DNA of 64,000 nucleotides from Dehalococcoidia bacterium (GTDB lineage Bacteria; Chloroflexota; Dehalococcoidia; Plut-88900): NCBI GenBank assembly GCA_965207225.1, contig CBDBLV010000005.1, positions 1,504,001 to 1,568,000 of the forward strand, read 5' to 3'. Shown piece by piece: positions 11,296 to 20,949 of this stretch (position 1 is its first letter; each line of letters starts with the position of its first letter). The notes under the pieces were generated by a model. It saw only the letters and a program-made list of their open reading frames with translations, ran no database searches and was not told where the DNA came from. The position numbers and the translations under genes were made by a program.

Positions 11296-12000
11296 ATGAC
11301 CGAGATCAACTCTCGAGACGAACTGCGGAACGAGTACACCCGCCACCCTATTAACCCGCGCTTTATCATACTGTCGGTAGCTACTGGCTTTAGTATTGTC
11401 GCAACTCTACTTAGTCTGTGGGTGACCCAGATTGAAATCGACCTACTGCGTCGGATGGGTAACCCCAAAGACCTAGTGGAACAATGGGAAATCCAGCAAA
11501 GCGACGATCAAGTGCTCGGTGCGGCAGTCTTCGCCTGCATATCTTACATCGCGTCAGCAGTTTGCTTTTGTTTTTGGATACACCGAACAACAGCCGGTTT
11601 ACGGGCACAGGGGGCTCCGATACAGTACTCTCCGGCATGGTCGGTGGGGTGGTGGTTTATTCCGATAGCCAACCTTTGGATGCCCCTAATGGTCATGCGT
11701 GACCTGTTTAGGTGCGCATACCCCCACGGACCAAGTCCTAACTGGCTGATCTTGTGGTGGATATTCACTTTGGCAACGAGCGTTCTGGACAGGGTGGTAA
11801 TGGCTGTGTTTCTAGACCTCAACACAGAGTCTTCCATTGAAGATTGGATACGTGCCGACCGCATCTACCAGTGGGTCGACATTGTTTCTGTGTTGTGGTT
11901 CATAGTGAGCTGGGGGCTGGTCTGGAAATTGACCAGTGGTGTTGAGAACCGATGGCGGGAGGTCTTGTCTCAGCCAAGCAGATCCATCCCCGATGTGTAA
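11296..12000 (+). CDS. DUF4328-like membrane protein
   Basis: Several TM segments; 'YSPAWSVGWWFIPIANLWMP' motif. Confidence 0.8.
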   Translation: MTEINSRDELRNEYTRHPINPRFIILSVATGFSIVATLLSLWVTQIEIDLLRRMGNPKDLVEQWEIQQSDDQVLGAAVFACISYIASAVCFCFWIHRTTAGLRAQGAPIQYSPAWSVGWWFIPIANLWMPLMVMRDLFRCAYPHGPSPNWLILWWIFTLATSVLDRVVMAVFLDLNTESSIEDWIRADRIYQWVDIVSVLWFIVSWGLVWKLTSGVENRWREVLSQPSRSIPDV

Positions 12001-12172
12001 TTGTGAAACAAACCCTGTTCACTAAAAGCACCCTCGCCGCCCTTATCACCTCAGTATGGGCGCCATCCCTATGGAAAGGGGTGCTGTTCTACGGGTCCCG
12101 GTACGACGACTATGCCCGTGCTGCCATCACCGGTAACCCCACCGACGCCCTGGTGTTCCCGGGCCCGACTCT

Positions 12173-12720
12173 GTGAGACGGGGGGATGATGGTGGCGCTT
12201 ACCCACAGGGTGGTCAGCAGAACCATTTTCTTGTGCGACATCTTGACGTAATCGCAATTATGTGCCTGCCTCTTCTCCAATACCATCTGGCCAATGGATG
12301 GTTCGGAGTCACCAAAAGGCCCGCAGTATGGTTGATCGAAGGCACAGCAGAATATGCTTCTTACCTCTATCAGACGCCGACCCGACCCGACTGTGTTCCA
12401 TAGCTGGTCAACAACAAGCCTTACCACTATGTGGAGTGTGAAAGGGTTCGAAGGCAAGAGACTCCGGGCGCAGAGGATGACAACATGGCGTATGTCCTTT
12501 AAGCGTTGAAGTCACTAGATGAATTCGATGCGCGAACCTACAGCTATCAGTTAAGTTTCGTCGCGACCGTTTTCCTGGTGGAGGAATTGCACACACCGGA
12601 CAGGGCGTGGCTGCAAATCTGGACTCTCCTAGATGGCGAACCCCGCTGACAGGATGCGTTTGAGGAGGCCTTTGGGATTGCCCTAAGCGACTCTTACTCA
12701 ACTTCGGTGGTGTCTCTCCA
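12173..12720 (+). pseudogene. Degraded gluzincin-like peptidase fragment
   Basis: 'PAVWLIEGTAEY' and downstream 'DAFEEAFGI' separated by stops/frameshifts. Confidence 0.4.
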
Positions 12721-13106
12721 ACTAAAAAGGAGGATGGCTCCACGACCTCCTGGGCCTCACTAAACGAAGGAGTCTTCTCTAGTGTCTACCAGTGACAAAT
12801 ACATTTCCCATTGGGTGTCGAAGTCCGTCTACGATAAAATCCTAAATCACTCGAAAGAACGTAAGATTCCATTCAAGACGGCTTGTTACCATTTTCTTCA
12901 AAAGGGCCTTGTAGCTGACAAGGATTCAAACTGAGACAGTACCCATTCTTCACCCTCCAAATAAAGAGATGGCACACCAGAGAGTGTTGGCATGGCGGGA
13001 CAAACCCTACTCTCTAAAGTAACCAGAAAAAGAAAGAGCGCCATCTAGGTAAGGGACCGAATCGTGATAACGAACTGACCGGTACGATCCCTTGAAACTG
13101 GACAAA

Positions 13107-13448
13107 CTAGCCCCCCGGGGTATACTGCTGGATCTCACTGGCGAGCTTCTCAGCAAGTTGGCGATAATCCTGCGCCTCTCCCAAGAAACCCTCGGCCTCC
13201 AGGTCGACGGCCATGGCTTGGGCAAACGGTACAGCCAGTCCCTTGCACAGCTCGCATACGGTCCCGACCCGGGCTTCGTTCAGCCGGTCCTCAAGATAAC
13301 CGGTCACGCTTCTCCGATAGTCGGCTGAGGTCTCGGCCCCGCACAGAGCTCTCTCCTCAGTCGCTTCTTCGTCAAACAGGTGCATGTCCATAACTCCGTA
13401 ACTCCTTCTGTTTTCAACTACCCATGTCAATGATCCACGAGCTCTCAT
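13107..13448 (-). CDS. Hypothetical protein (last gene of leftward ICE backbone)
   Basis: ATG 13448 with GGAG upstream; His/Cys pattern 'MHLF...ALCG...VCELC'. Confidence 0.55.
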   Translation of the reverse strand: MRARGSLTWVVENRRSYGVMDMHLFDEEATEERALCGAETSADYRRSVTGYLEDRLNEARVGTVCELCKGLAVPFAQAMAVDLEAEGFLGEAQDYRQLAEKLASEIQQYTPGG

Positions 13449-13609
13449 ATCCTGCTCCTTCCGTGTTTCCGTACCGTCCCGGAAACGAGAAAATACCCCA
13501 TACAAAAGGACGCAATCGGTCCGAAACGCGAAAAAGGCCACACATATGGCCGTGCGGGGGAGGTCGTCGTAATATTGCGACTTCCTCCCCCGTGCTTCGC
13601 GCTGCGGCC

Positions 13610-14143
13610 CTAGAATAGCTTCAGCGTCTCCTGTTGCTCCGTCTTTGCTGTGGCATCTGCGTCCTTGGCCGTACCCTGGCCTCGCCGTTTCCGGCTCTTG
13701 GCCGGCGGTGCGGGCCGCTCGTAGACCGGATGCTTCGGGTTCTCCTCCCACCGTGCCCGCGCCCTCTGTATCACCGTCGGGACCTCCTCTGTCAACCCAG
13801 ACTCGTCTAGGCCGTCGAAGGTCTCGATGTGCGGGTCCGACGATGGTTGTTGGACCCCGATGGTGCCCCTGCTTCCTTTGATAGACACGACGACCTTCAG
13901 GTCAGTCGTCTGGGAGGTCTCATTCCCGGCATCCTTGGCGGGCTGTTCGCTCGGGGATGCCTCTTCCTCGGGGGTCTGCGCCGCCGCGTTAGCCGAATCT
14001 TGCGGACTCTCTGTGGTCTGCGCTTGGGATCCCTGTTCAACGGCAACCGGATCGGTTGTCCCCGCTGACGCATTGCCGAAAAGACTGTCCCCTGCACTTG
14101 GAGTGTCCGAAGGGGTGGTCTGCGTTCCGACTTCCTCAGGCAT
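13610..14143 (-). CDS. Hypothetical protein with low-complexity N-terminus (positional analogue of PRTRC protein E)
   Basis: RBS aggagaggag; acidic/Ser-Thr-rich N-terminus followed by a small globular domain; ends 'TLKLF'. Confidence 0.65.
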   Translation of the reverse strand: MPEEVGTQTTPSDTPSAGDSLFGNASAGTTDPVAVEQGSQAQTTESPQDSANAAAQTPEEEASPSEQPAKDAGNETSQTTDLKVVVSIKGSRGTIGVQQPSSDPHIETFDGLDESGLTEEVPTVIQRARARWEENPKHPVYERPAPPAKSRKRRGQGTAKDADATAKTEQQETLKLF

Positions 14144-14181
14144 GATCTTCTCCTCTCCTAATGTGTGGCCGATCCTCGGGC

Positions 14182-14565
14182 TCAGGCCGGTCCCCTTCTA
14201 ATCTCCCCAAGGGCCTTGGGCTCCCAGTACAGGTCACGCTCGACAGCGGGTACACTGCCGAACACGGTAGCCTCCCCCAGCTCGTCCAAGCTGAAGTATC
14301 CCAACTCCTCCTCAAACCCCTGGACGAGGCCGAAGCAAAGCCCGGTCTCCGCGTCCCACTCGGTCACGAACCAGGTCCAGCCGCTGTAGGGACTGAAGAG
14401 CTTCATGTGGGCGATGACTGTGTCGTAGTCCTCGACGTTCTCGTTGGCGTAGAGGGCGGGGATGGTGTCCCCTATCTCTTTAGTAATCAGCTTGTGCCTC
14501 CGAAGGCCGCTGTGCTTGTCCTGCCACATGGTTGCGGTCGTTGCAGCAACTGTCTCGTTCAACAT
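14182..14565 (-). CDS. DUF2958-like protein
   Basis: 'KLFSPYSGWTWFVTEWD...FGLVQGFEEELGYFSLDEL'. Confidence 0.8.
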   Translation of the reverse strand: MLNETVAATTATMWQDKHSGLRRHKLITKEIGDTIPALYANENVEDYDTVIAHMKLFSPYSGWTWFVTEWDAETGLCFGLVQGFEEELGYFSLDELGEATVFGSVPAVERDLYWEPKALGEIRRGPA

Positions 14566-14619
14566 CGTTTAGCCTTCCTTTCCAATGAGAGTGCGATTCA
14601 AGCGTGCCGGAATCTACTC

Positions 14620-15426
14620 TCAGTCCTCAAAGTCCGTCGGTCCTACCAGCCGCTCCACCGCCTCCGGTGTGGCGTAGGCAGGCGTTACCGTGCCCTGGTC
14701 CATGTCCAGGTAGAGGCCCATGAAGGGGCACGTGCCAGCCACCATGCGGCGTATCACCTGCAGGACCAGCGACGCCATCATCTGGTTGATGGTGGGGTCC
14801 TGGTCGGTGAGGTCGAGGGCAGCAGCGCAGTCGACGTCCGGCGGCCTGGTCGAGACCGCGGTCAGCAGGTCGGGGCGCTGGAGTGTGGGCGCAGGCAGCA
14901 GGTGACAGGTCTCGCCCGCGAAGGTGGGCCCATCCCAGATGCACTCGCCGGAGACATTTCCGATGAGCACCTGTCCCCAGTTGGTGTCGTTGCCCGCGTC
15001 GATTAGCCACCGGCGCGGGTCTCCCGGCAGGGACTCGGCCATTGCTCGCCGTGCGGCGGCGTTGTCGGCGCAGCCGATGATAAGGCTGTCCCCGTAGCCG
15101 GGTAGGCCTGGATAGCGGTACCCGTACTCGCAGGATTCAGCCTCCCGGAAAGGGTAGACCGAGTATCCCACGGGCCGGTTGTAGACCCTGGCCAGCCGGT
15201 CGGCCAGGACCTGGCTCTTGAAGGCCCCCACGTCGCCGGCATAGAAATTCTGCCTGAGCAGGTTGTGGGGCTCCACCCGGTCGTGGTCGACCAGGACTAT
15301 GGTGGACTGGCGTCCTTGGAAGAGCCGGCACAGGCCCTCGGCGACGAAGCCGCCGGTGCCGCCGCAGCCGACCACAGTTATCCAGGGGTTGTCCAGCAGG
15401 AACGAGTTGTCCAGGTAGTAGGGCAT
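14620..15426 (-). CDS. PRTRC-system ThiF/E1-like protein
   Basis: 'ITVVGCGGTGG', 'DHDRVEPHNLLRQNF', 'IIGCADN', 'WLIDAGN', 'INQMMA'. Confidence 0.9.
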   Translation of the reverse strand: MPYYLDNSFLLDNPWITVVGCGGTGGFVAEGLCRLFQGRQSTIVLVDHDRVEPHNLLRQNFYAGDVGAFKSQVLADRLARVYNRPVGYSVYPFREAESCEYGYRYPGLPGYGDSLIIGCADNAAARRAMAESLPGDPRRWLIDAGNDTNWGQVLIGNVSGECIWDGPTFAGETCHLLPAPTLQRPDLLTAVSTRPPDVDCAAALDLTDQDPTINQMMASLVLQVIRRMVAGTCPFMGLYLDMDQGTVTPAYATPEAVERLVGPTDFED

Positions 15427-16079
15427 TCGTCGCTTACCTCCTCGTCTTTGAGATTCGTGCCTTCGCCCACCAGCCGGAGTCCAAAGTTCGGGCCGTCGAA
15501 CACCTGCCGCCACGCCACCGGAGCGAAGTATCCGTAGATCCCGATCCGGAGACTCAGCTGGGGCCGGCCGGAGTCGAGGCGTCCGGCGACGCCGTATATC
15601 CGAAAGCCCTGCTCGTCCTTATTGTCCGTCTTAGAGAAGAAGGCCCGGGAGACTCCGTGGGAGTGGAACTCGGCTACCACCCCTGCGGGCGGCGTGTAGG
15701 CCAGGGAGGTTGCGTCCCCAGCCTGCGGGGGCACCACCAGCCGGTAGGAGCGCCCGTCCCATCCAACGGCGAAAAACCGCTCGGTGTCGGGGTCGTCTCG
15801 GAACCAGCGCAGGCCAAACTCGAAGAGCCGGGTGGGGATGGGCCCGTGGGCAAGCTCCACCTTCTCGGCCACGGGTGCGAGCCCTCGCACCTCGCAGGGA
15901 GCGACGAGCACCCGCGCTGTCAGGTGGGCGCTCCCGGACTGGACATAGAGACCGCCCGCTCCCAAAACGTAGTCGAGGCCGATTCCGTGCGCCCCGCTCA
16001 GCCCATCCGGGTGATTGACAACGTAGCCGACCGGGTTCGGACGGGGGTTCGCCGCGGGACCGCCGCTAGCGGTAGCCAT
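15378..16079 (-). CDS. PRTRC protein A, JAB/MPN isopeptidase
   Basis: 'E...EFHSHG..AFFSKTDNKDE.GFRIYGVAG' JAB motif. Confidence 0.85.
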   Translation of the reverse strand: MATASGGPAANPRPNPVGYVVNHPDGLSGAHGIGLDYVLGAGGLYVQSGSAHLTARVLVAPCEVRGLAPVAEKVELAHGPIPTRLFEFGLRWFRDDPDTERFFAVGWDGRSYRLVVPPQAGDATSLAYTPPAGVVAEFHSHGVSRAFFSKTDNKDEQGFRIYGVAGRLDSGRPQLSLRIGIYGYFAPVAWRQVFDGPNFGLRLVGEGTNLKDEEVSDECPTTWTTRSCWTTPG

Positions 16080-16782
16080 AGCCCCGTTTCCCCTGAGAGG
16101 CCGCAATGACCTGGGCCACCGTGCACTGGGGAACAAGGTCCTCAACCGGGTACTCAGGCTTTCCATCTATCTCCTCCCATAGCGCGTGCAGGTTGTCGGG
16201 GTGCTTCTTCGAGCGCTCCCGTGTGTCCCCGGTGCCCGAGAAATAGGACTGGAAGAAGGACTCCGGTATCAGTCCCACCTCCTCGGGGAAGCGGTGGCTT
16301 CCGGGGCAGACCCGCCCATCCCGGAAGACGTTGAAGGCGGGCATCCGAAAGAGTTGCTGCTCGGAATCGGCCGGACGCTCCAGGGCCGCGTAGACCCAGG
16401 GCGCCCGGCCCGGCGAGCAAACGAAGACCAGCCCCGGCATGGGGAGCCGGAGCCGTGCGGGGGGCTTGAACGCCTCCCGCTGCAGGGCCACCGGCCAGAC
16501 CTGTGGGGGTCTCCAGAGGGCCACCAACTGCCCGGTCTCGCCCTGGTTCCACCAGAGCGCATCCCGGGGCAGCAGCCCCGAAGAGAAGCCTAGGTGCTGG
16601 GTGAAGACGTTGGCTATCTCGTCGGCCGATACTGTCCTGACCCAGCTGGTCTCGCCCTCGAAGCCCCGCAGCAGGAGGGTCTCGGCGTACACCTCAAGCT
16701 GAAGCTGGAGCTTGTCCCTGGGCATATCCTCCGGTCCCGGCAGGGACCATGCGGTCTTTTCCGTGGGGGTCGTCATGGTCAT
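16066..16782 (-). CDS. PRTRC protein B, prokaryotic E2-like
   Basis: 'LPMPGLVFVC...LFRMPAFNVFRDGRVCPGS...ESFFQSYFS'. Confidence 0.85.
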   Translation of the reverse strand: MTMTTPTEKTAWSLPGPEDMPRDKLQLQLEVYAETLLLRGFEGETSWVRTVSADEIANVFTQHLGFSSGLLPRDALWWNQGETGQLVALWRPPQVWPVALQREAFKPPARLRLPMPGLVFVCSPGRAPWVYAALERPADSEQQLFRMPAFNVFRDGRVCPGSHRFPEEVGLIPESFFQSYFSGTGDTRERSKKHPDNLHALWEEIDGKPEYPVEDLVPQCTVAQVIAASQGKRGYGYR

Positions 16783-17605
16783 CCTCCTTTCCTTGTTCTT
16801 GTTCGGTGAGCCGGGACAGGGCGAAGTCCAGCATCTCGGCGAAGCGGGCCGGAAGGTCCTCCTCCAGCCAGTCGGCCAGCTTGCATACCGAGTCCATGAG
16901 GGTGCTGGCCCTTCGCCACTCCTCGGTGCCCTGGGCGATGATCTCGTCATCCCAGGGGTCGCAGAAGCCGTTGTAAGCTCCTTCGTCGTAGCAGTCGTCG
17001 AGGAAGAAGTTGCCTGTCTCGGCCAGGATCCATGAAGCGGCCTGTGCGGCCCCTTCGAACTTCGTCCCGGTCAGCACCCCCGTGAGGGTTTCGAGAGCTA
17101 TTCCGCCTTCGGGAATCCTCTCCAGGGTCTCCCTCGGAATCCTCTCTGCGGCCGACTCCAGCCATGCCGTCCTAAGCCCGTCGGGGCCCTCGTAGTAGAG
17201 GTCGGGGGGCTTGACCAGCAGGGCCATGGCCGAGATGCCGTCCCGGTAGCCGTCCCACATCTCGTGCAGGCCCTCGTAACCGAATCCAGCCAGGTCGAAG
17301 GGAATTCCCCTCCGGAGCCATGTCCAGGACGGTTCATCGTCTTCCGCGAAGAACTCGATGTAGGGAGCATAGAGGGGGAAGTGCCGCTCCCCGAAGAGCC
17401 GGGCGAAGCGTTCCACCCTCTGGCGCACGTCGGGGACCGAGAGCACGGTCTTCGCCTCCTGGGGGAAGATACGTCGCACCAGGCCCGTGAACCATGCGTA
17501 GTCGTCGGCGTAGCCGACCAGCGTCACCAGCTCCCGCAGCGACGGCGGACGCCGCAGGAGCAGTTCCGTAACGCCGCTCAGGCGTAGCGGGACTGCAGCT
17601 TCCAC
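16694..17605 (-). CDS. Hypothetical protein in the PRTRC protein F position
   Basis: Coupled ORF between the ubiquitin-like and E2-like genes; protein-like composition. Confidence 0.65.
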   Translation of the reverse strand: MEAAVPLRLSGVTELLLRRPPSLRELVTLVGYADDYAWFTGLVRRIFPQEAKTVLSVPDVRQRVERFARLFGERHFPLYAPYIEFFAEDDEPSWTWLRRGIPFDLAGFGYEGLHEMWDGYRDGISAMALLVKPPDLYYEGPDGLRTAWLESAAERIPRETLERIPEGGIALETLTGVLTGTKFEGAAQAASWILAETGNFFLDDCYDEGAYNGFCDPWDDEIIAQGTEEWRRASTLMDSVCKLADWLEEDLPARFAEMLDFALSRLTEQEQGKEDDHDDPHGKDRMVPAGTGGYAQGQAPASA

Positions 17606-17808
17606 CGCAGCGCCTCGGCCAGCCTTCCGGTGCCCGAGGCGTAGGCCTGCGCCTGGTCGCAGGCCAGTTCCACCTCCGGCTGTCGTGCGGCCGCGGCGTC
17701 CAGGTCCAGGGAGCCGTCGGGCCGTGTGAGCTCCGCCGTGAGCTCGATGATGCGCAGGTTCACCCGCGGCGTTGCCGCAAGGAGCCCCGCCAGGGTGGGG
17801 GTGTCCAT
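17578..17808 (-). CDS. Small hypothetical protein (76 aa)
   Basis: RBS aagga, then ATG 'MDTPTLAGLL...'; overlaps next gene. Confidence 0.6.
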   Translation of the reverse strand: MDTPTLAGLLAATPRVNLRIIELTAELTRPDGSLDLDAAAARQPEVELACDQAQAYASGTGRLAEALRWKLQSRYA

Positions 17809-17812
17809 CGGG

Positions 17813-18028
17813 CTATCCTTTCCGGCTCGGTGAGCGGTCGAAGACGCCCTTGGTTCCCACCCGCCGCTGGAACTCGTAGACGGCGTCCTCGCCCCGCTTG
17901 GTCTCCTTGACCGAGGCGTTGGCAATTTCGCCGTAGAAATCGGCCAGGGTGCTCTTCACCTGGTCGACGCTCATCTCCGGGTCGGGGTCGGGGAACTCTC
18001 TTCCGTCATAGACGAATACGCGTGCCAT
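17813..18028 (-). CDS. PRTRC protein C, ubiquitin-like
   Basis: 'RVFVYDGREFPDPDPEMSVDQVK..LADFYGEIANA...YEFQRRVGTKG'. Confidence 0.85.
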   Translation of the reverse strand: MARVFVYDGREFPDPDPEMSVDQVKSTLADFYGEIANASVKETKRGEDAVYEFQRRVGTKGVFDRSPSRKG

Positions 18029-18122
18029 CGTTGGTCTCCTTCCTTGTCGATGCCTATATCCGTTTCCACGTGCGGGAGCGGCGGCCATCTGCCCTGCGAC
18101 CGGCGCTCCCGTGAACAGAGGT

Positions 18123-18768
18123 CTAGCGTCCGGCGCCGACCAACTCCCTCTCCTGCTCCAGCGCCCACTCGAACATGGAGAGGCTGGCGGGCTGGGGCTT
18201 GCCGTTGCGGCGCCTGGGTTTGACAGGCTCCTCGACCATGAACTGGGCCCAGGAGAAGAGGGTCTGCCGGGGCTCGTCGGCCTCTCCGTGGTAGCCGTTG
18301 CCATTCCCGTTGACCGGGACCGGCGCCAGCTCCATCGCAGGCCCGACTCCGAACAGGTCGTCGTGACCGTTGGCGTGGTGATCGTTGCCGTCCACCAGTT
18401 CCGTTACCGCCTCCGGTTCGACGACCTTCCAGCCGTCGTCCACCAGGTACTCTTCTGCGGCAGCCTCGGCGCTGCGGGCATGGGCGAATGCCTCTTCCAC
18501 GGTCCCGTCCTCGCCTTCCTCTCCGCTGACGATCCTCCGGGCCAGGGCCATCATCAGGTCGTCGCCCTCGTCGCCATAGGCGGCGAGGCCATCCTCGGGC
18601 AGCTCGCCCTCGACTGCAAGGGAGCTCTGGAGCTTCTGGGCCACCAGCTTGAGGGCGTCGGCCTGCAGGGTGTTCCGGTAGGACATGAAGACGACCTTTA
18701 CCGGGCGGGTCTGCCCGATGCGCCAGGAGCGGCGGGAGGCCTGTCTCATGACGTAGACCGAGTAGTCG
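18123..18768 (-). pseudogene. SF2 helicase, 3' fragment (split by integrase island)
   Basis: Reads 'DYSVYVMRQASRRSWRIGQ' (helicase motif VI); joins in frame to 40298-41985. Confidence 0.9.
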
Positions 18769-18789
18769 TTCTTTGTCCTCCAATAGACA
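18766..18789. other. Left att site (core TCG plus arm ctttgtcctccaatagaca)
   Basis: Arm 18771-18789 is a 17/19 inverted match to 40273-40291. Confidence 0.88.
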
Positions 18790-19167
18790 CAAGAAAATAC
18801 GGTTCTCGTGGACAGCCGATTTGGAGGCGACCGGAGTCAAATGGTAGGCAGCAGGCTGAGGGAGACTACAGAGCTTCCGCCTTAGGTGGATCGAAGATTG
18901 GGACTGTCTGACCGACTACGGGTTCGAGCTTCCCCAGGCTTCAATTCGTCGGACACAAGCGCAACGGAAAACTCAGGTGCTCGTGGGCGGTCGATTTGGG
19001 TCCATTCAAGCTAAGTTGGATTCCTAGACAATAGGGTGTCCACAAGGCGCTGACGGAGAGGGCTAGCCAGCTGGCACGGGAACTGACCGTACCCAGGATT
19101 ACACAGCTGGGCTAGGTACTACAAAGGTTGAATCAGTGAACCGTGGCTGTGAGTGCCTGTCCTGCAC

Positions 19168-20946
19168 TCACGGTCGTCTTCCATTGTCCCGGCCAAAACC
19201 GTTTTGTTCATGCGCTGTTGACACAGATTCGGATAGGAACTCGGCCAGGACCTGGCCGTGCAGGTACGTGAAGTAGGTAGGAAACGCCTCTCCGATCAAG
19301 TTGCGGATTAGGTAGAGCGTTCGATTCTCCTTTGCGAGTGTCCAGTCGTAGAACCGAGGGATAGTCTGAAGGTCGCCACATTCCAGGATGCTTAGCACTC
19401 TGTTCTCCCACGGGTGAACCTTGAAGTCACTCCCTATGTGGCTTGAATTGGTGGTGATCGTGTACGCGGGCCTCTCGGGTCTCATACGTCGGTAGCTGGA
19501 ATGGAATCCATTGATCAAGGCAGGTTGCCCGTTTCGCTCAACGTAGGGCCGATTGCGCATGACCTCCCCGCAAGAGGGGCAGAGTATGAATTCAGGTGGG
19601 ACCTCATGCCTCCCGCACGACGGGCACTCGTCGTTCTCGAAGGCGCTGCGCCCCGAATTCGGGGGTATCTGGCTGACCTGCATGTATCGGTCGGCCCCAT
19701 ATGACGGTACGAAGTGGAGCCAATGCTCCCCGCGCGCCGCTTCTTCGGACTTGGCATCCAACTGATTGTATTCCATCAAATGCAGCCATTGCCGAATGCT
19801 TACCCATGGCAAAGCACCGTTGGCTGGACGCTCAGAATGGGTTGGGCACGGCAGAGGTGCCCCCTCGCCGGACAATGTACTCGCCAGAGATGGTTCGTCC
19901 TTGTGTACGGCGACCACCAGCGCACGCTTTCTGACTTGGGGAATGCCATAGTCGGCGACGTTCACCACCTCCGGGAACACTTCATAGTCAGTAAGGTGGT
20001 TGCGGATATGATCAATCACCGTGCCATCAGCACCCGCGTACGTCACGTTGAGTGTCAACACGGGACGAACATTCTCAGCGACTATGACTTTAGGCTTCAG
20101 CCTCCGGGCAACGGGAATCACTTCCAGCATCAGCCGGTTCTTTGCTTCTAGCTCTTGCGCTCTAGGACTCCGACGCTTGCCTCTGCTGGGGTTAGAGCTG
20201 CTCATGCCCTGACAAGGTGGTGTGGCTACCAGCAAGTCGAGCTGCTGAGATGTGGCCCGATGGTAGGCAGTTACTATTTCATCCTCACTGCCACGGACGT
20301 CCCGTGTAAGCCAGGTGGAACTGGGGAAGTTGGCGGCGCCGATGGCGGCGCGTTTTTCGTCGACCTCGACCTGCACTACAAACCGGAATCCGGCCATCTC
20401 GTAACCTAGGTCGCTCAGCCCGGCCCCGGAGAACAGAGAAACGGCGGTCAGGGGCCGTTCAGGTTCTGGCCTATCGCCCAACACGAAGTCGCGAATCGCA
20501 CTTCCGGTGGGTGCTGCCTGAATCAGTAAGACCAGTCGGTTGACAGTTTCCGATAGTGCCGGCTTCGTGTCGATGTCGTGCTCTGGGATGCGAAGCACCG
20601 TCCAGCCTTCGCCTTCGAGTGCGGCCGTGACTCGGCGGTCCCGCTCCACGTTGCCTGCGATCTTGTTCACCCAGAATTCGTCAGTCAATCCCTCGTGCTT
20701 GCCACATTGCGGGCAGCCGTGCCAGAAGCAACCGTCAACAAAGATGACTATCCGCTTGCCCGGAAGCACCATGTCAGGATTACCGCGAAGCCTTGTACCC
20801 TTGACGGCCTTGTACCCTTCATGCGTAAAGTACCGGACTCCTTGACGCCATAGTGCCGAAGCTAAGGTCCGCTCAGGGCCAGTTCGGCCCCGATTGTGTG
20901 CCATAGCCCTGTAGCGTTGGGAGGGCTTCATCACGTCCGTAGACAA
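19168..20946 (-). CDS. Vsr endonuclease fused to C5 DNA cytosine methyltransferase
   Basis: Vsr 'GNPDMV...IFVDGCFWHGCP...FWVNKI.GNVERD'; MTase 'SLFSGAG', 'PPCQGMS', 'ENV', 'PQVRKR'. Confidence 0.9.
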   Translation of the reverse strand: MSTDVMKPSQRYRAMAHNRGRTGPERTLASALWRQGVRYFTHEGYKAVKGTRLRGNPDMVLPGKRIVIFVDGCFWHGCPQCGKHEGLTDEFWVNKIAGNVERDRRVTAALEGEGWTVLRIPEHDIDTKPALSETVNRLVLLIQAAPTGSAIRDFVLGDRPEPERPLTAVSLFSGAGLSDLGYEMAGFRFVVQVEVDEKRAAIGAANFPSSTWLTRDVRGSEDEIVTAYHRATSQQLDLLVATPPCQGMSSSNPSRGKRRSPRAQELEAKNRLMLEVIPVARRLKPKVIVAENVRPVLTLNVTYAGADGTVIDHIRNHLTDYEVFPEVVNVADYGIPQVRKRALVVAVHKDEPSLASTLSGEGAPLPCPTHSERPANGALPWVSIRQWLHLMEYNQLDAKSEEAARGEHWLHFVPSYGADRYMQVSQIPPNSGRSAFENDECPSCGRHEVPPEFILCPSCGEVMRNRPYVERNGQPALINGFHSSYRRMRPERPAYTITTNSSHIGSDFKVHPWENRVLSILECGDLQTIPRFYDWTLAKENRTLYLIRNLIGEAFPTYFTYLHGQVLAEFLSESVSTAHEQNGFGRDNGRRP

Positions 20947-20949
20947 AGG

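Noticed and set aside
12780-13106. Left boundary/att site of the host ICE
   Set aside because: Composition changes here, but no tRNA, integrase or matching repeat is visible in the window
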